A stretch of DNA of 64,000 nucleotides from positions 77,564,001 to 77,628,000 of the forward strand of contig NC_045697.1 in assembly GCF_009834535.1 (NCBI RefSeq), written 5' to 3'. A program made the translations under genes and the position numbers. Shown here one piece after another: positions 53,246-64,000 of this stretch. The notes beneath the pieces were generated by a model that saw only the letters and a list, made by a program, of their open reading frames with translations, had not been told where the DNA came from and ran no database searches. Positions within the stretch are counted from its first letter, which is position 1, and each line of letters begins with the position of its first letter. This stretch comes from Camelus ferus. Its lineage: Eukaryota.

Positions 53246-53927
53246 TTCCAGTTTTTTTCCCTGACTGCTGACATGTATTGCTGACTCACGACGGATCTTA
53301 TTCACACAAGCAACACTCCTTCGCTGAGTGCGAGTGACCTATTTGATAAACACTGCCAAATAAAACAGCGATTCTGAAATCAACTGGTAAGTCAGGGCCA
53401 AATAAACCACTTCTAATGAGTTTTGCAGGCTCTTTTCTTGGAAACACAAGACCTGGCTGGGACACAGTAGTAAGTGCTTAATAAATATTTGTCGAATGAT
53501 CATGATCTGATATCAGATTTTCCAATGCATGTGGGGGCTCAGCAAACACTCTGAATGAACAGTTGAACCTTCCCAGTACTGTCTTAATAACTAAAGAAAA
53601 AACTTTTCAGACAAAACATACAATTCATTTTCTTCCTCCAGAAAGACTATTCCTATATTTCAAGAAGTGGCAAAGTGAGACAATTTATTATACCTATAGA
53701 ACATTTCAAGAAGAAAGTACTTTTAGCCATAAATATATTTATTGCTTTACTTCTTTGAATTCTGCACGTGTATGGCACAAAATTAAGAGTCAGAATCACT
53801 ATCTGTATTTACATGCATATAGCAAGGACTCACTGAAGAAAAACAAGTCTATGAAGTTAATGTGGACAACAGTAATATGAAATAGTATACGTCCTTTTCT
53901 GAATTACAAAGGTAACAATAAGTGACA

Positions 53928-54080
53928 ATAATCATAGTGTTATGATTTAAGGAATGATTTCTATGCACAGACATAGTGCTAAAAAGCTTTATCATTTAAT
54001 CCTCCTAATCAGCCTTAACGTAAATAAAACATTATCTTCATGTTCTGAGTAAGGAATCTGGCTTAGAGGTTAAGTAGCCT
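53928..54080 (-). mobile_element. MIR
   Basis: tcatttaatcctcc...aaggaatctggcttagaggttaagta. Confidence 0.6.
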
Positions 54081-56283
54081 CAGCTCTCCCTGCTCTCCTG
54101 TGGTAAACTTTTGGAGGAAAGAAGGGTGTAGCTGGTATGTTCTCTTCTAAGCATGTAAGCATGCCTTAAGCCCTCCTACTGAATTGCAAGGCCATTGTGC
54201 AGCACATTATTTAACTCTGAGAAGATAAAAAGGAATCACTACAGCAGTCTGTCATACTTTCTGGGCATGGTACACTTAGATCCAAACCTTCTTCATCTCC
54301 TGGAGAACAAGTTCATTGTATGTACTACTGAAAACTTTCCCTTACAATTATGTATCATTCTCTTACTCATTCAATCCAGTTCTGACTTTAGTGATAGATT
54401 ACGTTGCTTGTAATTATGAATGTCTATATGATCCTCTCATTCTAGCCTAAGGGAAAAATAATGTCTCCTGAAGAACCAAAAAAAAAAAAAAAAGAATAAA
54501 AATCTTCCCTCTATTTCTTTAGTTCTGGAATGAGAATTCATCCTCATGGACTGCTAGCTTCCTGGCAAGGACGATTCTCTTTTTCACATGTTTTCTAAAG
54601 ATCTCATCTTCAGTTCCACAGCTAGGGCAACAAAGTCAATCAATATAAACACGCAGAATTTGAGAGTCCCGAGGGACCAATCTCCTTGTTCTACAGAGAG
54701 GAAAAGGAGTGGGGGTGTGTGTGGGTTTGTGTGAGTGTGCTGATGACAGTGGTTGCTCACGGTCACACAGATGCATACTGCATGTTGGTCAAAACCAGCA
54801 AAAATTGCAATGGCTCGAGCAGGTGGGTAAACATAAATCAATTGTCTAGGTTACATCTGACAGGCAGTCAATAAAGGGAACTGATATTTAAGTATAAATG
54901 CTATAAAATAAGTTGATTATAGACTATATAAATCTTTCACTGCAGTGAAATTTAAACAATGCTTTGGGTTAATTTAAAACCACACTTAGGCTTCTCCTAA
55001 AAGAGGGAGTCATCTAACAAGGCATTAACTCTTAACTCTTCAATTGAGCAACCAAAATTTTTCTATTATAGTTGAATGTTACAATTTTTCCATGTTGCTC
55101 AGAAGATAAATTTTTCTTTAGCAAAGTGGGCAATTTAAGTGGATTAAAACTGTCTTTCCATTCTGCTATCTCTTTGGTAAAGGTTCAGTTACAGTCAAGA
55201 TGAATAATGACTTGCTGCTGGTCCACTTACTGTTTAATGTGGACAGATGACTTCCCTAAAGCTTCAACAGGAATCCAATAATACTTCACATTCTGGCAGG
55301 CCTCCATAGCTGGGTATAATGGTAACCCATTGTTTATCACCAGATAATTTTTAGATTGTATCGACTCTTCCTATTTAATTAGCCTTAAGTGCACACCTTA
55401 TAGCATAACCTTTAACTGTAGGTGCTTAATAAATACTTTTCAGGATGGTGATTCCATAGCTATGTATATAAATTACCCAACCAATGATCATTCCCAACCA
55501 AATGAGATACTGATGTGCTTTGAGCTTGTCATGCTTGCATTTACCCTTTCCCCCACCTTTCATTTGTCAATGTAAAAAATGAAAATTAGTCCATAATTAA
55601 TAAAAATAATGGTCTTATTCTTTATCCTTGGAAAACTGGATTTCTTTATCATGCTGCCTTATTCCACAATGTTCCTAGATTTTTTTTTCCATTCTGACCC
55701 AAACAGCTGCTTATGATTTGTATTTATTGTTCCAATAACACTTTTCAAAGAGTGTGTATATATTCAAATGGGTTTTTTTTTCCCCCTGGGATTCTACTGA
55801 AACCAATATTTAGTAGCTGGAAACTTTTTAACACATCGAATCTCTGCCAAATGACTTGTAATCCTTTGGGAGTCAAATTTATTTGTGAATGGCAGGCAAA
55901 ACTTTCATGTGGGTAGCGTTTCAACATAGGATAATTGCTAATGAACACCCCGGGGAGATGGCCTGAGCTCTTTTATGTCAGTAACCTTGTTTTCATGGTG
56001 ACTGTACATGTGTGAGGCATGAGGAGTTGTGAAAGGGAAATAAGCTGTGAGGGAGAAAAGGAAAGAAAAGAAAAGGAGACCTAAAAGCATCTCTCGCTTT
56101 GGCTGGTCTGCCTGGTGCATGGAAAGTTTTCACATTCTAAGTCGTAGAGTGAGAAACTGAGAAAGAATCCTAATCAGTGAGGCTGCAATTCTTAAGATTT
56201 CTCCTTTAGTTCAGTTGCTGATTCAAGTCAGCAAATAAGTCAACGGTCTGAAAGTAATTTTAGGCCACATATGAATTGGAGAC

Positions 56284-56620
56284 TGTGAGAAATTAATACA
56301 CACAAACCTCAATTAAGTGAATCTGGAGACTAGAGGCGGTGCTCTCCTGCCCTGTGACCATGGCAGAGCTTAACAGGAAGAAGAAAGTCTCCTTTCCTGA
56401 CAAGAACTCGACCAATGAAAAGCCTTGGAGTCTGTTTAGCTCTCTCCCAATTTCCTTTCCCCCCTTCCCCTCTACAAGAGGGCTCTCCTTCCCTTGCCTG
56501 TGGGGTACTTGCACTTGGCTTATCATGGTTGCAGACCCTGAATTTACAATTCTCGGCTAATCCCAAAGAAACTCATTTTGCTGGAGAAAAATCTGGTCAT
56601 CTATTTGTTTGAAGTCAACA
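56284..56620 (+). mobile_element. Solo ERV1-type LTR (MER34-like), 337 bp
   Basis: TG...CA ends (tgtgag...gtcaaca), 4-bp TSD AGAC at 56280-56283 and 56621-56624, internal CCAAT box. Confidence 0.8.
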
Positions 56621-58363
56621 AGACCCAGAGAAGGAAGGAAATACACTTCTTTTTGCAAATAAGACATTTAGTGGATGTGTATGGTGGTTATAAGAGTATA
56701 GAGGGACGTTTTACAAGAGTATAAAGGAAGGTTTTCTTGAGAGAGATTCTGAAAAGTACGCTCCTGGAGCTCTAGCCAGGGCTGGATCGTGTCACTTTGA
56801 GAATTCCCTCAGGACTTCACAGAGGCATTTTTCTATATTAAAAATTATGGAAAATTTCCAGCAGTTTTTATTCACTAGTAAATTATAACTAGGAATTAAC
56901 TCTGTGCCCAGAAATTCTGACAAAGAATAATTCTGGGAATAATGGAAATATGTCCATAATTAATACAAACGGTGACTTTATAATTGCCACTCAAGCCATG
57001 AGGAAAGAAGTGTTATTCTAACCTGTTGTGTTTGACCCAGCAAACCAAATAATGTGTGATCTTTTGAGTCTGAGTTGCAAACACTTCTGCTTCTCATGCT
57101 GCTTTTCCCTCAGATGCTAATTTAAAGATCACAGGTTCTTATTTAAGTAGAGAAAGCCATTCTTTTGTAATTCAGTATTTCTACTGTCAAAGTAGGTCAT
57201 GATCAAAGTAGAGTTACATGCATGCAATGGATTCAGTGACACAGCTACATACCCCTCTCCAGGAAAAGTACTCTCCTCTTAGGACAGACCTATGTAATGC
57301 TGCTTGTACATACCTACCAACCTATCCTTTCTCCCCACCTTTTAAAAAATCTTGATAAACTGTCCTCTTGTTGGTTTTCTTTTTACGATTGGAAATAAGA
57401 CCTTTGAAGGGAAAACTTTCAAAATGTGTAAGAACACACAAACACATGCAGCCCCATTTAAAACATGCCATCTCGTTCATACTTAAATTGGCAAGATACC
57501 AATTAATTCCTTGTTTCCTTAGATGTTTTTAGTTGATGAAAAATGCTGACATCCATCCATCCTTCCACTCAAAATGATCTTTTTCACTTGCAGTGTGGTT
57601 AGTATGCCACTGAATGAAAAAAAAAAAAAAAAAGGCTAGCTTTGAGGTGGATCCTTAAGGCTATGGATGGATGGACAGAGGCAAGTGATTTGGGCTGGGG
57701 AGAAGCCATGGTATAAGCATGAGCTGAATTGGGAGTTTATCAGACCAGGTGCATTGGAGTAGGGGAAGCCCATTTGGAAGTGTAGGGTAAAGTCAGGGTA
57801 CGTGGCATCCTGAAAGCTGCAGCAAAGTTAGGACTGCATCCTCAGCTCAAGGGTGCAGTAGGTTGTAAGGCAGGTGGCCAGTAATTTGTTACTACTAATA
57901 ATTAAAATATAGTACAGACACTTGTTGCTTACTTTGTTGTCTTTCCTTCTTAAAAAAAAATAGATTCACACATGGGTACATCATTATGAGCCTTGGATGC
58001 AAGAAGGGGGAAGAATGATGGACAGTGATTCCAGAAAGATAGGTGGAGAATGCTGGTGTAAGCCATGGAGAGCACCGAAAATCCTGGAGCCGAGAAGGGG
58101 CAGAATAAAGAGATAAGCTCACAGGGAAACAGCATTAATTACTTCTATTCTCGAGGGCAGATATGGCTGAAGTTTGACTCTGCTTCTCTAAGTCAATACA
58201 CTTTGGCATATTCCCCATGACCTACACTGCCAGCAGCCGTAGGGCAGGAATCACTGAAGTGCATGTGTTTACTGAAGCAAGTTCTTTTGTAAGTTGCTGT
58301 TCTTCACAGGACTGACCAGATGGCACCTCCTCTACGTTTCATTCATTTAAGAATGAATAGTTT

Positions 58364-58878
58364 TTGCATATGCCAGTCATTATCTACATTTGAAATCTCA
58401 GTCTGTCCCTTCCCATGCCCCGCCCCTTTGGCAACCACAAGTTTGTATTTTACGTCTATGAGTCTGTTTCTGTTTTGTATTTATGTTTTTTTTTTTTTTT
58501 TAAGATTCCACACATGAGTGATCTCATATGGTATTTTTCTTTCTCTTTCTGGCTTACTTCACTTAGAATGATGTTCTCCATGGACATCCATGTTGCTGCA
58601 AATGGCGTTATATTGTTGTTTTTTATGGCTGAATAGTATTCCATTGTATAAATATACCACATCTTCTTTATCCAGTCATCTGTTGATGGACATTATAACA
58701 GAGTATACTGTACAGCACAGGGAAATATACACAAGATCTTGTGGTAGCTCACAGTGAAAAAAAAATGTGACAATGAACATATGTATGTTCATGTATAACT
58801 GAAAAATTGTGCTGTATGCTGGAATTTGACACATTGTAAAATGACTACAACTCAATAAAAAAATGTTAAAAAAAAAAA
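58364..58878. mobile_element. 5'-inverted (twin-primed) L1 insertion
   Basis: Minus-strand L1 segment ~58380-58694 joined to a plus-strand 3' end at 58695-58878 with poly(A). TSD aagaatgaatagttt at 58349-58363 and 58879-58893. Confidence 0.93.
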
Positions 58879-60894
58879 AAGAATGAATAGTTTCCTGTTC
58901 TAAGTATTGAAAATAAGGAGGCTAATCATGGCATAATTTCAGTAAAGCTGTATCCTGAATTGTTACAACCATATGGTGCAAAGGTCAATTTTAATCCTAC
59001 AGTATTGCATCTGAGAAAGAGACAAGAATATTTTTCTCCGTTTTCAAAGACGTGGTTTAAATAACACTGATCAGAAAGAATCAGTCTCAAAAGGTAGACT
59101 CAAAGATTTGAGGATGGTAAATCAAAGAAAGAATTCTCTCCTTAAGGAACGTTTCTTACCTCCTAAGAAAGAGTAAAGCTTCCACAACCGCTGAATAAAA
59201 ATTTAGCCAAAAATGTATCACTGGTCTTCATTAGATAAACCTCTTCCCATCTCAAAGCAAACTCTTAATGAGCTCTGCACTGACAAAATAATTCAGTTTC
59301 TGTTTTGAGAGTATCGCTCTCAATATTCTCACCTTGATTCTTTGGTCTTGATTGTCACTTCAAGTTAGAATTTTCAGGTAACTGTCTTATATAATACATC
59401 AGCCACTGATAACTAGTCATGGTAAAACACTGAAGTCTAGTGGTCATTTAAAAGACAAAGTTCTGAATAGAAAGACAATATGCAGAAATAGAATCCAGAA
59501 AGTAGTTTCATCAGCAATTCAGTTTCATTGTGCTAATTCCCTTAAAGAAATGCCCTTTGTTCTAAGCAATAGAAAGCTTCCATCTGAATTGCCAATGAAG
59601 AAATGCTCACTTGTTAAGGTTATTTTAAAATATAATACAGAAAGCATAATATAATTCTGAAATGGCTTCTATTAAATAAGAGCAGATGAGGGATTCTCCT
59701 GTCCCCAGGGTAAACTTTGCCTCTGACAGTCTTAAAATCTACTATGTAATATAAGTGAGCTATTAGTTAATTTTTTTTTTTTTTTTACTGAATATGAAAT
59801 TTTCTTGGACCAGAAGTTGTACAGCATATAATTATGGGCTTGTGTCAAGGATGCAAGTTTTTAAAAAAGATCTTATCATCCACTCAAATGGTCGGCTGAC
59901 CATAGAAATATAAAATTAAAAGTTTAATAGAATATAAAATTTTAAAAATATACAAATAAAAATTAGAGTCAAAGACAAAAATCCTGTTTCCTCTTTGTCT
60001 TTATCCTGAAGAAGCTTTGAATGTTCTGTGCATAATAGATTTATCTGAGACCTGGAGACTAAAATCAGAAGTGAAAAAACACTATAAAAAGCATATGATT
60101 ATTCACAATGGAATGGAAACTGGATTTCAGGTTTACAAGATTAAATCCAATTCAGACATAAAATTTTCCCAGATTTAAATCAAAATGACATCTGCACGGA
60201 TAGCTATATAAATAAGCATAAACATACCCAAATCTGAGAGCACTTCCTCTATACTCAAGGGCTTTTTAAACTGAAAGATGATCCCTTTTTGTTGCAGTCA
60301 ACTACCTGCTCAAATTTATAAAAAATTTTAGTTGATGCTCATTGCTTCAGACAACTATAAAGAAGTTGGAAAATACTATCAAGGGAAACATTACATGTTT
60401 TCATTTAACTACTGGGTAATTAAATGTACTGTTGTCCTCAATTTCCCCTGGATATATATTTTGAAAGGGCATTGGGGAAGCAATGTGAAAACACGCCCCA
60501 AATGCTATTTCTGGATTAGGGAGAAAAGAGCTCAGCAGTGACGAACATTATTTCCTGGTGTAACTCATGGATACTTTTTTGTCATCAGAATCAAGTTTAC
60601 ATAAAAAAAAAAAAATTAAGCCTGAGTAAAAACTAGCAATGACAAAAAGAAACACATTAGCAATGTAGTAAAAATGCCCAAGGAGATAGGTTTTTTCGCC
60701 TATGAGTTATCACCCCATTAGCCAAGAAAAGACTATCGATTCCATTTTGCTCTTGAAAATAACCATATGGCAAGATTCTGATTAGGGTATTCACAGTGCT
60801 CCTTCAGAATCTGACGCTCATTCAGTGACATAAGAAAAGGCCCGTAAACACTAGCTTTGAGAAGGCTGATAACGAGGAAAACTTACTGCATGAA

Positions 60895-61225
60895 TTGTTA
60901 CTTTTCTACTGCTAAAGTCACAAATTCCCACAAGTTCAGTGGCGTAAAACAACATGAATTTATTGTATTATGGTTTTGGAGGTCAGAAGTCTGAAATGAG
61001 TCTTATGGGGCTAAAATCAGGGTGTCCCCAAGGATGCATTCCTTCTGGAAGTTCTGCGGAAAATTTGTTTCCTTTCCTTTTGGGGCCCACCCAGATATTC
61101 CAGAATGATCTCCTCATCTCAAATTCCTTAACCTAATCATATCTGCAAAGTCTCTTTAGTGCTGTAAAGTAACATTCACAAATTCCAGGGATTAAGACAT
61201 GGACATCTTTGTTATTCATTATTCA
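60895..61225 (-). mobile_element. MLT1 (MaLR) LTR, internally deleted
   Basis: ggaggtcagaagtctgaaatg...gggcccacccagatattccagaatgatctcc...gggattaagacatggacatctttg. Confidence 0.85.
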
Positions 61226-61442
61226 TCTCATCGCATGGATTACCCCGAACAATAGTAAAGTCTAAAGCCGTGGGGCAAACCTTTCATCTTTATTCTCAGT
61301 TTGCTAGGTAGGTCCAAAGCCAGTCTCTTCCCTCTGACTCAAGAAAGCATTTTAGAATGCAAGGGGCTGAGAGTCACACGGTCACGGACTGTCCTGAAGC
61401 CACTCATAAATACATAAACTCACAAAGATCAGTACTTAAAAC

Positions 61443-61740
61443 AGAAACAGACTCACAGACATGAAAAACAAGCTTACGCTTACCAGAGAGGAAAGCGGGT
61501 AGAGAGGGATAATTGGGAGTTTGGGATTTGCAGACACTAACTACTATACGTTAAATAGATAAACAAGGTCCTACTGTATAGCACAGGGAACTATATCCAG
61601 TATCTTGTAGTAACCTATAATGAAAAAGAATATGAAAAGGAATATATGTATGTATATATATGACTGAACTATTATTCTGTACACCAGAAACTGACACAAC
61701 ATTGTAAATTACTCTGTCAATTTAAAAAAAATAAATAACC
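61443..61740 (+). mobile_element. L1 3' UTR fragment with perfect 20-bp TSD
   Basis: TSD caaagatcagtacttaaaac at 61423-61442 and 61741-61760. Confidence 0.95.
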
Positions 61741-62094
61741 CAAAGATCAGTACTTAAAACTCTTACTAGTAACATATGACTTATCACATCCTACCTTACA
61801 ATGGACTAGGCACCAAAGCTTAGAATTTCTTCTAAAATATACTGCTTGTTAGAAATTATTAATATGTATTCAATTTATCTCAACTGTTGCAGGTTCTAAA
61901 GTGCCATCTTACACTCTTTTGCAACAAAGATTATTTGGCCTATGACCATCCTCTGAATTTCAAGTCTTAAAATGCCTGCTATGGGCTACATCAAGCACAT
62001 TTTCCTATTTGCAGCAATCCCATTGTTTCAGACTTTATCACTCTTATGTTAAATCCATTAGGAATGCGTCTTCATCTCAGAGGCCTAATGAATT

Positions 62095-62302
62095 ACAGCA
62101 TTTGACACGGATGGTAACCCCCTCTTTTTTGTGACACTTTCTTCCCTCAGTTTCTGGGACACTATATTCTCTTATTTCTTCTCCAGCTTCGCCATCTGTT
62201 CTTTGTTCATTTTCCTTTGTTGGCTTCCTCTTCATCTCCCCAGTCTTTAAATTTTGGAGAGCTACAGGGTCTCAACCTGCGGACCTCTTATCTTATCTAC
62301 TC
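62095..62302 (+). mobile_element. L2 RT-region relic
   Basis: cagcatttgacacg...acactttcttccctcagtttctgggacact (AFDT-motif region). Confidence 0.7.
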
Positions 62303-62489
62303 TAGTGGTTCTCAAAGTGTATGATTTTGCCCCTCAGAAGCTATCTGTCAACGTCTGGAGAGGTTGTCACAACTGGAAGGTCGGCTACTGGCAGCTAGTG
62401 TAATAGAAAGCCTGAATGCTGCACAAGGCAACTCTCAACACAGAATTATCCACCCCAGATGTCAACAATGCCAAGATTGAGAAACCCCA
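62303..62489 (+). mobile_element. MER20 hAT-Charlie MITE
   Basis: tagtggttctcaa...gattttgcccc...ggttgtcacaactgg...gctactggca...attgagaaaccc. Confidence 0.85.
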
Positions 62490-64000
62490 GATGAGAGAAA
62501 TATAAAGAAAAGAGATTAAGAAAAGAGAAGTCAGAAAACTCAACAGAGTGTGTGTTATGATACAGCTTCTAAAAACACGTTCACTGGTTACATCACTTAC
62601 GCTTCAGATATAGTCAGGCTGAATTGCTTCAAAATCGAATTTCAAGCACATAGTAAATAGAGTAACCCCTTATTTCCAATCAGCAGTTCCATTTAAAATT
62701 GAAAACAAGACCAAACAACCAATTCAGGGCAATATTTCCCTTCACTTTTCTAGAATTAGGTTCACTTCTGCCTTCAGTGGAACCACAGTCCAGTTGCCAG
62801 TGATCAATTCTTTCTTACAAACTGTCCACAGTTCCCAATGCTTCCCCTGCCATGACAATATCCAGAAATGTACTTTCCAGTATCTCTCCAGGCAAGGGAA
62901 AGGAGTAACCTGGAATGAAGAATAGTCACTTGCCAAGACCACCCCCTCTTGAAGTCGAATTCCAATTATTTCCAGTCACCCCTTCAGTGTAAGATCATTC
63001 CATGACTGCCTACCCTAACGAAGCCCTGGATAGGGGCAACACTGCAGAAGTACCTTCGGCTATCAGGACTTACAACTCTAACACTGATCTTACACCTTCT
63101 TCCCTAATCTCTTCTAAATCACTACAGTGTGACAGTTTGATTATAAAAGTTTCTGTGACACAAACTTTCTAAACTTAACATCTAACATCTAAACTTATAA
63201 GAAAAGTAGGCGCTATCATATGCTGAAGTATGCCAACTGCAATGAACAAAATCAACTGCACTGTTTTCTAAATCTTAACACACATTATTATTAGCGATGG
63301 TCAGGACTTTGCTCCCCTGCACTTGTGCCATGTTGGGACACATTGATTCTCCTCTGATGATCGTGGACCCAGCTGAATGAGTTCAACAGGAAGCTGCTCT
63401 GTACTATATACATGTCCTCCATCAGTTTCTACAGAGGGAACCAGAATAAAACCTGCCGGAGAGACGCCAAGGCCAGTTTAGGAGCTTTTTATCTTTCTAT
63501 CTGTTTACATCATTTCCCACCGAGGCTGTTTCTCCCCTGTCAATTGTAGGCTCAAAGCCAGGAAAAATGACAAAAATTCCTTTTGAGGAAAATGTTTAAT
63601 AGAAATATCTCAAGGCCTATTAAAAAAAACCCACAAAAATTAAGAGCACAGCTCCCATTTCTTTAGAAAGTGAAAGGGGACTTTTGTTTTTTGCTTCTAA
63701 AGTTTCTTTTTACTATTAGGTTGTCTGACAAGAATAATTTCTTCTTCACGTGAATGTCAGGTGAATCCTGAGACATGACGAAGGTACGGCTGGGATTTAT
63801 CAAGCCCGGGTGCTGAGAAAAGAGTCTCAAAATAGCAATGCCCTGAACATACTTTTCTTCAGACAGTTTCAGAAGGAAGTAAAAAAATGCTTAAGGAGAA
63901 GTGCGTGTACCTGACTCACAGTTTCTTTGAAAGCCAGGTTAATGTGTCTTCCTGTATTCCCAAGAGCACTCCCCTTGGGAACGTGTCCCTGAGACGACTC

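Noticed and set aside
26..62942. Remaining short ORFs in the supplied track
   Set aside because: No recognisable domains or splice support; many use non-ATG starts or lie within repeats.
1..64000. CRISPR arrays, operons or other prokaryote-type systems
   Set aside because: The sequence is clearly mammalian, and no regularly spaced repeat-spacer structure was seen.

Overview
Mammalian genomic DNA, probably camelid (inferred from the short tRNA-derived SINE and the L1 3' ends). The window holds the 3' part of ELOVL6 (long-chain fatty acid elongase 6) on the minus strand: coding exons 2 (52257-52126), 3 (15817-15666) and 4 (9647-9223), all with GT-AG borders and in frame. A ~5.1 kb 3' UTR with several candidate poly(A) signals follows; exon 1 and the promoter lie beyond position 64000. 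The rest is intronic or intergenic and rich in transposon relics: L1s of several ages (nested, TSD-flanked, one 5'-inverted), L2, MIR, SINEs, LTRs and hAT MITEs. I found no evidence of a new biological system. The best leads are four TGA(C/G)TCAGCA motifs, a CpG-rich intronic patch beside an apparently GC-converted L1 relic, a twin-primed L1, and possible alternative polyadenylation and miRNA control. Repeat family names are recalled from consensus sequences, and boundaries of old elements are approximate.
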